From the IMG/VR virus record IMGVR_UViG_3300035698_004130, positions 1 through 64,000 of that record: a stretch of 64,000 nt of DNA; one strand, written 5' to 3'. Made by a program: the position numbers and the translations under genes. The DNA comes from a virus. This document shows, piece by piece, positions 35,794 through 46,875 of the stretch (within the stretch, counting starts at the first letter, position 1; each line of letters opens with the position of its first letter). The notes under the pieces were generated by a model. It made no database searches and was not told where the DNA came from. It worked only from the letters and a program-made list of their open reading frames with translations.

Positions 35794-36360
35794 CTAGGCC
35801 GACTTAGCATTTTTTAGATCACCTTCCTCGAATGCGGCTTTCGAATCTTTAGAACTATGGGCTAGACCTAACCCACGACCAAGGGACATAACAGCGTCTA
35901 GTAGCTCGACTTTGCCATTGAATGGTGCAGCTTTCTTAATAGCATCTGTGTAGTGCTTTCTCTTACGAGTTGAGAATAGTAGCCATATAACTTCTAATGC
36001 AGCAACTCCGGGCCATGCAGTCTTTGCGAGAGAAAGTCCCACACCTATAATGCCCTCAATAGAGCTTTCAGGGTCTGAAACATCAATCACCTTTTCAGGA
36101 TCGGATTCCTTTACAGAATCCTTATCCACAAAAACTAGTTCGTTACCAGCGTCCTTAAATCTTTCAGCAACATCCTTTGGTAGGATATTCTTTAAAAGAT
36201 TAAGGTCAAATGGAACAGCCGTTTCCTTGAATTCTTCTTTGACATTGGAATACGTGGTTAAAACACGATCTTCCGTCATACTTCTCCAAACTTCGCAAGA
36301 TGGCAAGATCATTACCATAGCGACCATAAGTCCTAGTAAAAGCTTATTCCATTTGTTCAT
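35794..36360 (-). CDS. putative lipoprotein/membrane protein
   Basis: signal peptide ending LPSC plus an internal hydrophobic segment. Confidence 0.7.
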   Translation of the reverse strand: MNKWNKLLLGLMVAMVMILPSCEVWRSMTEDRVLTTYSNVKEEFKETAVPFDLNLLKNILPKDVAERFKDAGNELVFVDKDSVKESDPEKVIDVSDPESSIEGIIGVGLSLAKTAWPGVAALEVIWLLFSTRKRKHYTDAIKKAAPFNGKVELLDAVMSLGRGLGLAHSSKDSKAAFEEGDLKNAKSA

Positions 36361-37196
36361 TATGTTTTAAGTCCTTTTTCGAAAGTAGCATCATCTACTT
36401 CGGCGGAAACGGGCTTCTTAGCCTCGGACTCCGCATCGGTTACTACTGTATTTAGTGATGCTTCAAGCATTTGCACAATTTCTCTTCCTTCCTCATAGGT
36501 TCCAGGGGTAGTAAGAGTTGCGAGATTAAGCTTGGTCTCCATCCATTCTGCCACTTCGGCAGGAGTTCCTGCACGGGTCTTCTTAACCTTAGCCTTCGAT
36601 TCCGAGAAGGAAACAAACTCACCTTGATCTGTCAGCTTGACATCAAAGTCGTTTCCATCCTCAATCGAAAGGATCGTCGTGTTATCAGGATCCTTTTCCA
36701 ACTGATAATCCTCATCCACAATGGTTCCCATAACTCTGTCAAAGAGTTGCTGGCTCATTGCAACATACTTAACTGGATCTTCCCCAGCTTCTTGTAGGCC
36801 ACGAACGACTGCCAGAGCGAAGTAACGTGGCTTGCCCTTAATGAGCGTTGCCATGTTTCCATACTTTGACTTATTGTTTCTGCCTTGTGCATCCTTTCCA
36901 AGATCAAGTGCCTTGTGACGCTTCCAAAGATCCCAGTAGACTTCACATACTGGGCATTCTTCACCTGAAGCCTTACGGCAACGGTAGCTCTTCCAATTCC
37001 CTTCGGAATCCTTATACTTATGGAGGTGGGCTTCCTTGTAGAATTCCAGCGGGTTTTCTACTCCAGGCAGGAAGCGAACCATATTGCTTCCCTTTGCAAA
37101 GGATGCGTAATCGCTTGGTCCCTTTGCTCCACCTTTATTCTCCTGGTCATCGACCATTTTCTTGTGACGTTCTCTGAGTTCTGCTAGTGAGGTCAT
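36360..37196 (-). CDS. gp32-like single-stranded DNA-binding protein
   Basis: VRFLP, C...CPVC, GNDFDVK, acidic tail. Confidence 0.85.
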   Translation of the reverse strand: MTSLAELRERHKKMVDDQENKGGAKGPSDYASFAKGSNMVRFLPGVENPLEFYKEAHLHKYKDSEGNWKSYRCRKASGEECPVCEVYWDLWKRHKALDLGKDAQGRNNKSKYGNMATLIKGKPRYFALAVVRGLQEAGEDPVKYVAMSQQLFDRVMGTIVDEDYQLEKDPDNTTILSIEDGNDFDVKLTDQGEFVSFSESKAKVKKTRAGTPAEVAEWMETKLNLATLTTPGTYEEGREIVQMLEASLNTVVTDAESEAKKPVSAEVDDATFEKGLKT

Positions 37197-37240
37197 ATTA
37201 ATTTCCTATTTTGCTATTGTGTTTGAGTGTTTCTAACGGT

Positions 37241-37681
37241 TTACTGGTTAATCTTGATTTCCTGTCTCTTGTTAGCCGAGAGTTGGACAAGCATATCTTT
37301 TTTGTGCTCAAGCGTGTTACAAATACCCTTCATAAAAGCGTAAATTAGTTCACGATTTGTTGCTAGCTTATGTAGCTCTTGCAGGGAGGATTGTGCGTTA
37401 GCTAAATCATCTCCAGCAGCAACAGATAGCTTCACACTACCTGCTCGTTTTGAGTTTAGGAACTCAGATTTGGCTTCTTCGTATTCAGTTTGTGCTCTCT
37501 GAAACCTATACTTTGAAGTGACCATAAGCCCGTAATAGTAGTAGAAGTATGCAGGCAGTTTACCCATCTCAGGCTCAATGCAATTATCAACAATTATTGA
37601 AATTTCATCGCTAGCCTCTTGGTATAAAACCTGTGTCAGGTTATCAAGATCGCTTACTTTTATTTTTGGTTGGAAGATCAT
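37241..37681 (-). CDS. UvsY-like recombination mediator
   Basis: helical 146 aa protein between helicase and SSB. Confidence 0.6.
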   Translation of the reverse strand: MIFQPKIKVSDLDNLTQVLYQEASDEISIIVDNCIEPEMGKLPAYFYYYYGLMVTSKYRFQRAQTEYEEAKSEFLNSKRAGSVKLSVAAGDDLANAQSSLQELHKLATNRELIYAFMKGICNTLEHKKDMLVQLSANKRQEIKINQ

Positions 37682-38084
37682 TAAGTAATGTGTATAAACC
37701 AGGGTTTAACCTATCAAATACAATTTGTTGCTTTGATAAGGTTAAGGCTAAAACCTCATTAGTTGTCCTAAGGAGGTCAGAATTAAAATGACTCTCGTGC
37801 ATACCTAGGGTCTCTAGCATACAGTGCATTAGCTCGTGTATGATAGTCTCTCGGGCCTCCAGATCGTCTAGATTCATGCTCAATTTTATCGATTTTCCAG
37901 AGAAATCTGTGAGCCCATCACAGTCGTCACCTTCTGATCTAATCTCAGGTAGAAGTTCAAAAGTAAGAACTGACCATCCAATATCTACTGTCTGAAATCC
38001 TTGTTCATCCAGTAAATTGTAGATGTGTTTCTTATCTTTTATAAAAGGGAAGTTATCATTCGACGGGTTGCTCTTCTTCATGCT
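37644..38084 (-). CDS. HExxH metallopeptidase-like protein
   Basis: ETIIHELMH. Confidence 0.7.
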   Translation of the reverse strand, partial: SMKKSNPSNDNFPFIKDKKHIYNLLDEQGFQTVDIGWSVLTFELLPEIRSEGDDCDGLTDFSGKSIKLSMNLDDLEARETIIHELMHCMLETLGMHESHFNSDLLRTTNEVLALTLSKQQIVFDRLNPGLYTLLNDLPTKNKSKRS

Positions 38085-39366
38085 CAGGTTCCTCGATCCG
38101 TAATGTTGAGTAATCAACAATCACTGGAGTTAGATAGTGCTGCTTGGAGTCTCTAGCCTTTAATACATAGATTCTCATCTGGCCCTTATCATACTCTTCC
38201 TGTTTTTGGTTCAAGGAGATAACCCAGTCAGCAGGACGAATCTTTCCGTAGGAATCACCCAGGTGAGCATCCGTAATAATATCAACCTTACGAGCCTCTC
38301 TATTAGTCTGGGATGCAGTCCAAAGGAGAACATTCTGCTCTACTGCCAAACCTCTCAACTCTTCTGCAATCCGCTGTTGAGCCATGTATTCCGAATCAAT
38401 GATACGGTTAGGACGGAGAAGTTCCAAGTAGTCAACAATAATCAGATCGGGGATGAAATCTGAGTGTAGCCTCAACTGCACCAGAAGAGCCCTAAGCTGA
38501 TTAACATTAGACCCACCCGTTGGGAACTCCTTAATGATTAGACGCCCTGAGCATTCTTTCTGGACATACTCAAGGCGAGAATGAAGCTGTAGTTGAACCA
38601 CAGGCTCCTTCAGCTTTGAGTTCTTAAGCTTGGTCATCACAGAGTCGAATCTGTTGCCAATCTTATCCTCACTCATTTCCAGGGAAACGTAGAGAACATT
38701 TCTACCCTCAATTACAGCCTTGGCACCTTGGTTAACCAGATACAGAGACTTTCCAACACCAGGAGGAGCTACAACAATAGCAAGTTCCTTACGGCAGAGC
38801 CCACCTTCCAGGTTTCTGTTATGAGTTGGAAGAATCGTCTTGAACCGATCCCTATCCTTATCCTCATACATTCTCTTCAGACGATTGTTTACATCTGAGA
38901 AGTAATCCTGCCCAACATCAACATTACGGTTTACTAGAAGTGCATCTTTAATAAGAGATTCAATCAGTCCATAATCATGATCCCCTTTGTTTAGCATGTT
39001 GGCTGAGATAGTAATTGCTGATTTGATAGCACTCTTCTTTGCAAAGTCCTCAACAGTATCCATGATAAACTCTCGGGTATCAAAGATAGACTTATCAATA
39101 CTGTTGATTAAAAGGATCTCATCCTCGTAGTCATAATCATCCTTCTCAGTAGAGTTGTTTTTAATGAAGTCTACTAAGGCCGAGTCGGTAGGGAGGGTGC
39201 GATACTTATCGTAGAAGTCCCTTATCCCAATATAGATGTTTTGGTAACCTGTGGATTCAAAGTATTCAGGCTTGACGATGGCGACGACTTGAGAGAAGAA
39301 CTCAATATCGTGCTTCAGGAGGTAAAGACAACCGCGTTGAGTGTTGTCTGACAGATTATAGGGCAT
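38056..39366 (-). CDS. gp41/DnaB-like replicative helicase
   Basis: APPGVGKS, SLEMSE, IVDYLELL, TASQTNR. Confidence 0.93.
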   Translation of the reverse strand: MPYNLSDNTQRGCLYLLKHDIEFFSQVVAIVKPEYFESTGYQNIYIGIRDFYDKYRTLPTDSALVDFIKNNSTEKDDYDYEDEILLINSIDKSIFDTREFIMDTVEDFAKKSAIKSAITISANMLNKGDHDYGLIESLIKDALLVNRNVDVGQDYFSDVNNRLKRMYEDKDRDRFKTILPTHNRNLEGGLCRKELAIVVAPPGVGKSLYLVNQGAKAVIEGRNVLYVSLEMSEDKIGNRFDSVMTKLKNSKLKEPVVQLQLHSRLEYVQKECSGRLIIKEFPTGGSNVNQLRALLVQLRLHSDFIPDLIIVDYLELLRPNRIIDSEYMAQQRIAEELRGLAVEQNVLLWTASQTNREARKVDIITDAHLGDSYGKIRPADWVISLNQKQEEYDKGQMRIYVLKARDSKQHYLTPVIVDYSTLRIEEPEHEEEQPVE

Positions 39367-39407
39367 ACGGTGTTTATAGAGCTTTGTGTGTGTAGGAAAT
39401 CTTGTTA

Positions 39408-39956
39408 TTACTTCGTATCTTTATTTTTGATCATTTTAGCATTAGCAGCTTGGAGGAACTCTTTCTTATGAGCCGTTTCCTTATCAGTATTCTTCTTAGC
39501 TAATCCAGCCTTTCTAAACACTTCCATGTTTGGATCAACCTTCTTGTAGTGAGCATCTCCACCAGACTTCATTCGTTCTTTGGAGTTTGTGATGGAGTCA
39601 GCATAGAATTTCTCGGCTTCAGCCTTACCCATACCGTTCATGATACGTTGCTCGATCTGTTTCTTCTTGGTGTGAGTGGATCCCTTTACAAAGGCACTAG
39701 GAGCATCAACAACTACCCTAATAGCTACTTTCTTACACTTTAGACATTTGACTTTTTCTGGTGGATTCTCAGTCTTATACACAATGGTTTTGTATACATC
39801 GTAATCCCTTGGGTCATCTGAGTCATCCATTGCTTCCAATTGAGCTTTGGTTGCAGACTTAGTAAGAACCTCTTCAGTATAGGTTCCGTCATCCTCTTTC
39901 CAGATATACCTAATATCTATATTCTCACATGAATTACACTTATAGTTAATAAACAT
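39408..39956 (-). CDS. FmdB-like Zn-ribbon protein with insertion
   Basis: YKCNSC...KCLKC. Confidence 0.6.
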   Translation of the reverse strand: MFINYKCNSCENIDIRYIWKEDDGTYTEEVLTKSATKAQLEAMDDSDDPRDYDVYKTIVYKTENPPEKVKCLKCKKVAIRVVVDAPSAFVKGSTHTKKKQIEQRIMNGMGKAEAEKFYADSITNSKERMKSGGDAHYKKVDPNMEVFRKAGLAKKNTDKETAHKKEFLQAANAKMIKNKDTK

Positions 39957-40428
39957 TACTCTACAGAGATTCCATACTCTTCAAACACCTTTTGAGACAT
40001 AGTTCTAATCTTCTCATACATCTCTTCCATCTTCTTTGGATCCATAACTGAAATTCTTGCACTCATGCGTTTCATTCTTTCTAATTCAGCGTCTACAACT
40101 TCGTAGTCAACTCCTCTATCTTTATCTTGTTCCATTCTTTTCCTTATTCCAAAGCCAGTATCTAAATCTACCTCTTTCCCAATGAAGGGACACATGTGTT
40201 AGGTAAGCAGGGGTAGGAGGTTCAATACCCTTGTCAGCATGATCGTCCATCCTGGGGGAAACATGCTGACAAATCCAATCCATCACAGTATGGGTATCCC
40301 CAACCGAGTCATAACAGTATTTAGAAGGGTCGGGAGCCTCAATGAATTCCATGAGACGAGTAAGACTCATATCTGTGTATTTAGCTAACTCAAGTAGATA
40401 CACAGTTCTTGATTTAAAGTAGTCTACC

Positions 40429-42348
40429 TTAGTCGCCACAGCCACCACCATCAACTCTACAAGCGGCAGGAGCTTGTTCTGATTCGATTCCATCATTCAT
40501 AAGGGGAACTGCATACTTGAGAATGTTAGCAGGAGTAGTTGGGATAGCTTCAAGAGGCTCAGGCATCTCAGGAGTTCCCTTACTTCCCGCACGGTAAACA
40601 GTCATTCCCTTCAAGTAAGGAGCATACCGCAAAGCGATCTTGGAAATCTCTTCAGGTGTTGCATCATTTGGTAGATTGATTGTCTTACTGATAGCATTAT
40701 CAATGTAACGTTGAAGTGTAGCTTGAACCATCATGTGTTCCTCAGGATCAACATCGTAGGCTCCAACAATGTGTGAATGGTCCTTACCCTGCTCAAGAGC
40801 TTCCTTAAACATTGGATCAAGAACAACAGTATCTCTCCAAACATTACCTTCTCTGTAGCGTCTCTTATACATCGGAGCAAAGATTGGCTCAATACCAGTT
40901 GAGGCTCCATGAACCATAGAAATAGTTCCCGTAGGAGCAGCAGTTAGCATTACACCGTTCCTGATTCCATTCTCTTTAATGAGCATTCGAATTCTGGCTG
41001 GAAGCGTCTTGGCAAATTCTTCAGCAAGGAACTTCTTGGATTCGAATTCTGGGAAAGAGCCCTTATCTCTTCCGAGATACATGGAAGCCAAGTAGGATTC
41101 GTCACGAATGGTTGCGTATAGTCTCTCAAGGAACTCGATACACTTATCTGAACCATACTTGTGGCCCATTTTGATAAGCATGTGATGGAGCCCCATAGTG
41201 CCAAGACCAATTCTACGCGACCTCTCTCCTGCTGTTCTGCACTCTTCAATTGGGTAGTGGTTTGCCGTGAGAACATTGTCTAGGAATCTAATCCCTGATC
41301 TGATGGTTCTAGCCAGTCTCTTCCAATCAACATCCTTGCAATCATCAGTAAGCATATTGGATAGGTTAACATGACCAAGACAGCAATTTGCGTAAGAGTC
41401 AAGTGGAATTTCCCCACAGGGGTTGGTCGCATTCATCTCTAGGAAATACGACAGATTAGTGTAGCGATTAGTTAGTGAGATGTTGAAGATACCAGGATCT
41501 CCAGACTCAACTGCGTTCTTCCAAATTCTATCCCAGAGATCAATAGCTTTAAAGATTACTTTTTGGGTGTCTTCAAACTTATCATCGGGATGGCGTAGAT
41601 GAAGATTGACAGCGCGAGAGAGCGCATCGTCTTCATCTAGCGCGACAATGTTGATCGTCTCGGAATGCCCATCGGGCGAAACTCTGTTGGTTGAGTAAAC
41701 ATAATAGTTCTTGTTATTGTATCTGAAATACCAGTCCTCATCATTCTCACAAGCTTCAATAAACCTGTCAGTGATTGCTACTGAGATATTGAAGTTTGTT
41801 AGCTGAGAAAGATCCAGTTTAACATGCAGAAACTCCAGTAGATCAGGATGAGTAACGTTAAGTTGGGCCATAAGAGCCGTTCGTCTATTTTTTCCTGCCT
41901 TAACATGATTACCAACCTCATTAATCATCTGCATCACTGAAACAGATCCAGGTGCAGAATTCTTGATGTTTCCAATATCGTCACCCTTGGGTCGGATCTT
42001 GGAGAAATTAAACCCAATACCCCCTCCACCACAGGAGATGCGATACATATCTTGAATCAACTTTCCAATTGATTCCACAGTGTCTTCTGGTTCGATGGAA
42101 TAGCAATTAAGAAGGTTCTGTTTATTCCTTCCTGCACCATAAATGATCCTCCCACCTGGAACGAAGTCGCCTGAACTTAGGATTTCAAAGAATCTTGTTT
42201 CAACTGTTTTTACGTCACCTTCTTTCTCAACAGATGCAACGTGCTTCGACATTACTTTGCATCTTTCACTATACTTTGTCTCGCCAGGGTATGCGTATCG
42301 TTGCTCAAAAATCTTCTGCCCTAATCCGTCCAGTTGCTTTATCGTCAT
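40429..42348 (-). CDS. nrdJ: class II (B12-dependent) ribonucleotide reductase
   Basis: PGGRI, NCY, TNPCGEIPL, APTGTIS, C-terminal Cys pair; no nrdB nearby. Confidence 0.88.
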   Translation of the reverse strand: MTIKQLDGLGQKIFEQRYAYPGETKYSERCKVMSKHVASVEKEGDVKTVETRFFEILSSGDFVPGGRIIYGAGRNKQNLLNCYSIEPEDTVESIGKLIQDMYRISCGGGGIGFNFSKIRPKGDDIGNIKNSAPGSVSVMQMINEVGNHVKAGKNRRTALMAQLNVTHPDLLEFLHVKLDLSQLTNFNISVAITDRFIEACENDEDWYFRYNNKNYYVYSTNRVSPDGHSETINIVALDEDDALSRAVNLHLRHPDDKFEDTQKVIFKAIDLWDRIWKNAVESGDPGIFNISLTNRYTNLSYFLEMNATNPCGEIPLDSYANCCLGHVNLSNMLTDDCKDVDWKRLARTIRSGIRFLDNVLTANHYPIEECRTAGERSRRIGLGTMGLHHMLIKMGHKYGSDKCIEFLERLYATIRDESYLASMYLGRDKGSFPEFESKKFLAEEFAKTLPARIRMLIKENGIRNGVMLTAAPTGTISMVHGASTGIEPIFAPMYKRRYREGNVWRDTVVLDPMFKEALEQGKDHSHIVGAYDVDPEEHMMVQATLQRYIDNAISKTINLPNDATPEEISKIALRYAPYLKGMTVYRAGSKGTPEMPEPLEAIPTTPANILKYAVPLMNDGIESEQAPAACRVDGGGCGD

Positions 42349-43937
42349 CCTATTGTGCTCAATCCTTCTTTCTTTGTAACCAGTATGTATTGAGATTCGC
42401 TCAATAGCTCTTGTAAGTGTGTATTGTGCGTAATTAACAATAGCACCTTATCAGGGTATTGCAATCTCAACGCATCGAGTAGATTATTTACTGCGCTGAT
42501 CCCTGAATCATCGATATTATCACAAACTTCGTCAAAGAAGATTACGTTACAGTTGGTTCTAGAAATCTTAGCACTCAAATCTTGAAGTGCTAACATGATG
42601 GCAAGATTCACTCTTCTCTTCTCACCACCGGACAGTGAGATGTATTTAGTAACCAAGCCATTATTTTTTATCGTTTCTTCTAGTCCATCTGTGAACTCGA
42701 TCGTAAATTGGCTACTAGTTAAAATCGAGATGTATTCGTTGCACTTTGAGTTAAAATACTCAAGGATGTTACGAATGACGTATTTAATGAGCCCCTTCTC
42801 TGAAAAGGCTAATTCCCAGAACTTCATAACCTCTATAAGCGTCTCTAACTCATTAACTCTACTTGAGTATTCATCTATCTGAGTGGTTACCTCAGTAAGT
42901 CGATCCCTACTTACTTGGGAAGTTTCAATTAACTTATTCTTCTCGTTATACTTTGCCCACTCAGATGAAGAATACTCAGGCTTAAGAGATAAGATTTTCT
43001 TTTCATTGAAGTCAACAGTCCCTTGATCGATGATTGAAATTGCTTGAAACTCTCCTAATCCTTCGGTGATCCTCTCAAGGTCTTCATGGGTCTGACACTT
43101 AAGATAGGAGTTTTTGCAAACAGGACACTCCTTATCTTCTGTGAATACCCCAGCATCCTTTGATTCTTGAAGCTTCTTAATCTTCTCTCTATATTTTCTT
43201 AACGATGTTTGAGCCTCACTTATCCTAGACCTGGATTCAACTATTTGACGTTCAGCCTCAAGGATATCTTCTAGGCTGGGTAACTCTACAAGGGAATACT
43301 TCGGACTTGGAATCTGGTCACCTAGCCGCTCCCTCTCTACCAGGAGCTTGTCTAGGAAAACTTGTGTAGTCTTCATCTCTGCATTGTAGCCCGATCTAAG
43401 TTGCTTGACAGCGGAACGCTTACCAAACATGTCATCCAGGTTGAAGCAGTTTCTGATGATCTTTCTCTTATCCTCAGGGTTTGAATCTAGGAAGGAGAAA
43501 CTACTGTGCTGACCAAATACTACAGACGCCATAAACGACTTGTAGTCAGTCTCTAAAACCTCTTCGATATATTTTTGGGTCTCGGGAGCATTTTCCTTGT
43601 TTTGGTTTACACCATTAACAATAAAGTTTAAAGAAGTTGGTCTCTTGGTTCTAGTGATCTCAATATCACCAACACCCTCTTTATCTAGGAGAAGAGTAAC
43701 GGACAATCCACTCCCGAACTGAGTGTTTACGATTGAGTCTTCGTTACTCTTGCGAATAGTCTTGCCAAAAATCCCTAGGGTGATAACCTCTAGGATAGCA
43801 GACTTACCAGCACCGTTTGATGCACCAGAATCCAGGTTGTTTCCAAGGATTCTTACAATACCATTATACTTTGTTAGATCAAGATCTAAGTTCTTAAAGG
43901 AATAAATATTCCTAGCCTTCACTCGTTTTATTCTCAT
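42345..43937 (-). CDS. gp46/SbcC/Rad50-like ATPase
   Basis: NGAGKS, CPVC hook, LSGGE, FFDE. Confidence 0.93.
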   Translation of the reverse strand: MRIKRVKARNIYSFKNLDLDLTKYNGIVRILGNNLDSGASNGAGKSAILEVITLGIFGKTIRKSNEDSIVNTQFGSGLSVTLLLDKEGVGDIEITRTKRPTSLNFIVNGVNQNKENAPETQKYIEEVLETDYKSFMASVVFGQHSSFSFLDSNPEDKRKIIRNCFNLDDMFGKRSAVKQLRSGYNAEMKTTQVFLDKLLVERERLGDQIPSPKYSLVELPSLEDILEAERQIVESRSRISEAQTSLRKYREKIKKLQESKDAGVFTEDKECPVCKNSYLKCQTHEDLERITEGLGEFQAISIIDQGTVDFNEKKILSLKPEYSSSEWAKYNEKNKLIETSQVSRDRLTEVTTQIDEYSSRVNELETLIEVMKFWELAFSEKGLIKYVIRNILEYFNSKCNEYISILTSSQFTIEFTDGLEETIKNNGLVTKYISLSGGEKRRVNLAIMLALQDLSAKISRTNCNVIFFDEVCDNIDDSGISAVNNLLDALRLQYPDKVLLLITHNTHLQELLSESQYILVTKKEGLSTIG

Positions 43938-44973
43938 GGTCTGAGATAATATCTAGCCCCTTCTCTAAATCTTCCTGCGGAATTGTGGAGGCTTGCTCTT
44001 CCAAGTATTGGCGAATCATATCACCATGTATGGATTGAACCGGGATATTTGGGTCGAAATTTGAAATGCGGTTATCCAGCTTCTTATCAAAGATGGGTTG
44101 GAATTTAATATCCACATGCTTCACCTTGTATTCTTCTAGAATATTGTTTCTAGTGTCAGTTGAGCCTTCCTCAGTGAACTTATCCATGAGGACTCGCAGG
44201 ATAGTGAAGTATCTTGGATCTTGGATCTCCTCTTTCATCTGTTCTAAAGATTCAAAGGGACAAACATAGTATCTTGGTCCGAACTCTACAGCCTTCTTTA
44301 CCAGAGGTGACCAAACCCCTGGGGATTCTTGTGTAATTGTTCCAGTGAAGTGATCGTAATCACACTCACCAAAATTAGTTGACCATGGTGTCCCTAGAAC
44401 TAGGACATTACCATCATCCTTATATCGGTGAATGTGGCCCAGAATCGTTCTATTCTTAAACACACCTTTCTCAAATCCAAAATCCATAAACCCACCTGAG
44501 TTCATGCAACCTTGGTATCCAAAGTGTCCAAAGACTACTGTGTCCTTATCCTTTATGTAACAAAGACTTTCCTTGATTGTAGCCTCATTCTCATAGTGAG
44601 GAATAAAGAGGAAGTTAAGGTCTTCATCAAACTGGGTCTGGCTGATGAGAGACACTTTACTCCCGGACCACTCTAGGGTTTCCAATGCGGTTAGCCCGTC
44701 ATCAGATTTATTTGCGGAATCATGGTTCCCCCGCAAGATGAAAACCTTTGTTAGTCCGGGAGTAAGTGAAATTTTCTTGAAGAGTCTTGCCACCTTTACA
44801 ATAACCTCCGGGTGAGGTTTCCTATGGTGGTAGATGTCCCCTAAGAATACGACGTATTTTGGCTTGCTGCTATCGATTAGCTTCAAGCAGGTTTCTACTT
44901 GGTTATCCAAATACCCCTTAAAAGGGCTATCAAAATGGGTATCCCCAATAATGAGGCATTTGGAGTTACTCAT
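43912..44973 (-). CDS. gp47/SbcD/Mre11-like nuclease
   Basis: GDTH, LGDIYH, RGNHD, GHIH. Confidence 0.92.
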   Translation of the reverse strand: MSNSKCLIIGDTHFDSPFKGYLDNQVETCLKLIDSSKPKYVVFLGDIYHHRKPHPEVIVKVARLFKKISLTPGLTKVFILRGNHDSANKSDDGLTALETLEWSGSKVSLISQTQFDEDLNFLFIPHYENEATIKESLCYIKDKDTVVFGHFGYQGCMNSGGFMDFGFEKGVFKNRTILGHIHRYKDDGNVLVLGTPWSTNFGECDYDHFTGTITQESPGVWSPLVKKAVEFGPRYYVCPFESLEQMKEEIQDPRYFTILRVLMDKFTEEGSTDTRNNILEEYKVKHVDIKFQPIFDKKLDNRISNFDPNIPVQSIHGDMIRQYLEEQASTIPQEDLEKGLDIISDHENKTSEG

Positions 44974-45191
44974 CGGCGACGGCGATTGTTATTTGCAGAC
45001 CCGATCCAGATACACAGGATGGTGATAAGAAGAATAGTGAGGATAATAACTAATGGTCCCCAAAGAGGTGCAGTAATCCACCACCAACTCCAGGTGATGA
45101 ACTCAGTAAGCTTGAGCACCAGGAACACAATGAAAAGCAGGAACATGGGTCCAACGCTTTCTACCTTAACAGTGCTACTCACTTCAACCAC
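44970..45191 (-). CDS. small membrane protein
   Basis: VLKLTEFITWSWWWITAPLW. Confidence 0.75.
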   Translation of the reverse strand: MVEVSSTVKVESVGPMFLLFIVFLVLKLTEFITWSWWWITAPLWGPLVIILTILLITILCIWIGSANNNRRRR

Positions 45192-45559
45192 CAGTGCTTT
45201 TCAGCATCCCCATCAAGTCCAATGTAAACTTCCATGCCTTCGGGACCGGAATGGAATGAAAGGATGTTCTTCCCATTTGGATTGGCCTCTAGACCACGGA
45301 AGGGAAGGTTATCCAACATCTTTTGAATGCAAGTAAGAACACCCTTACGACGGGAGAACTGCTCATTCATGCGACACTTTGCCGAAAACATCGTTGAAGA
45401 TACAGTATCAAAGATTACTGTATGCCCACCATGCTGCTTCATCTTACGCCCATTCTGTTCGAATTGTCTAAGATGCTTAACCTTTAGGTTAAGTGAGAAT
45501 AGTTCATCCCCAGACTTATAGTCTAGGATTGTAACTCCAAAATCAGGTGCTTGGGCCAT
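45179..45559 (-). CDS. hypothetical protein
   Basis: ORF track; TAATG coupling. Confidence 0.65.
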   Translation of the reverse strand: MAQAPDFGVTILDYKSGDELFSLNLKVKHLRQFEQNGRKMKQHGGHTVIFDTVSSTMFSAKCRMNEQFSRRKGVLTCIQKMLDNLPFRGLEANPNGKNILSFHSGPEGMEVYIGLDGDAEKHWWLK

Positions 45560-45891
45560 TAGTCTACCACCTTAACATTACGTGAGATGTAGGATGCAAT
45601 CTTCTCAAAGGAGTATTTTTTTTCGTCATTCAAATGAATGAGCTTTTCTTGCATTTCAACAGATAGCCCGGCATAAGGCATAGTGGTTTCTAACGCTTCC
45701 CCCTTAGTAACCGACATAGGATAGCCATCATGCCAGTGTTCTTCCCTTAATTGCCCAGTGATGCTCTTAAGAACACCCAAGCAACAAAAGGCTCCCCCAT
45801 CGTAGCTGCACATGCTTCCTTCCGTTTGGTCAAATTTCTTAGAGCGGAGGGCATTCAGCCATTTCTTCTTGATAATCTTACGCATTGTCAT
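45559..45891 (-). CDS. conserved phage protein (CCLG motif family)
   Basis: WLNALRS..F.Q....FCCLGVL...LNDE..SF..IA. Confidence 0.75.
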   Translation of the reverse strand: MTMRKIIKKKWLNALRSKKFDQTEGSMCSYDGGAFCCLGVLKSITGQLREEHWHDGYPMSVTKGEALETTMPYAGLSVEMQEKLIHLNDEKKYSFEKIASYISRNVKVVD

Positions 45892-46045
45892 AGTAGGTAG
45901 TCCTTTTTGAAACCTAGTTGTGTTTCCAAATGATTGGAAACCGATCAGTGAAACTGTCACCAAGTCTAACTTGGGCAGTGGAGGTATTATAGCCAGCCCG
46001 ATGCCGGACTGACGTTCCATTCCCTTAAATTTCGCTAGAAAACAA

Positions 46046-46837
46046 TTAAATGTTCTCTTTAGTGATTCCCATTTTTTCAAGATCATCTGCGACTAAAAGC
46101 CAAAGAGCTTCTGCCATCTTTCTAATTTCGAATTGAGCGTCTGGCTTCAATCTTTGGTGTAGGAACCAAATTACTGATTGCAGGGAGAGGGTCCAATAAG
46201 CCTTTGTATACATAGTCTGGGGGAGGATCATCCTCGCTACTTCCTTAGCAACACCGTTCTTAATTAGACTGTGATAGAGCTTTAAACTAGCCTTACAGTG
46301 TTCCTCCATTGCGTTGACAGCACCAGATTCTGACAGATAGGCAATATCGTATCTACTCAGCATATTCTCATATTCCCCTGAGCTTTGCTTGTTGCCATGC
46401 CCAGGATTGGATCTCAGGTATCTTGGAATATAGTAATTATCTGAGGTCTGGGTATACCGTCCAGAGGTCTCATTCCAAGAGCAACCCTTGTCGTTGTCAT
46501 AGAGGTGGTCCAGAGCCTCCACAGAAACTTCCTCACCGTTGATCTCGTAGCTCCTGAATCCAGAGCCAACCTGATATTTCATCAACTGTCGAGCCACATA
46601 AATGGGCAATTCAACCTCAAAGGTGTAGTATGAGTGACGGAATGGGCTAGTATGCTCATGCTCCCAGAGATATCCGGTGAGCTTCTTATCCTTATCCTCA
46701 AACTTGTCCTTTTTCTTGTCGTAGGAGGCTCTTGCAGCATTTGCTACTTTTAGGGCGTGATCGTGGACCATTTTGTCTACGAGGGATAATGAACTCTTCT
46801 CATCTAGGAGAAAATCAATTTTATTGGGTTCTTGCAT
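46046..46837 (-). CDS. thyX: flavin-dependent thymidylate synthase
   Basis: AARASY, HTSPF, ARQ...NETSGRY, EVARMILP, AQFEIR. Confidence 0.9.
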   Translation of the reverse strand: MQEPNKIDFLLDEKSSLSLVDKMVHDHALKVANAARASYDKKKDKFEDKDKKLTGYLWEHEHTSPFRHSYYTFEVELPIYVARQLMKYQVGSGFRSYEINGEEVSVEALDHLYDNDKGCSWNETSGRYTQTSDNYYIPRYLRSNPGHGNKQSSGEYENMLSRYDIAYLSESGAVNAMEEHCKASLKLYHSLIKNGVAKEVARMILPQTMYTKAYWTLSLQSVIWFLHQRLKPDAQFEIRKMAEALWLLVADDLEKMGITKENI

Positions 46838-46875
46838 AGTATTTGATGTAAATAGGGGTGAGGAATTACTGACTG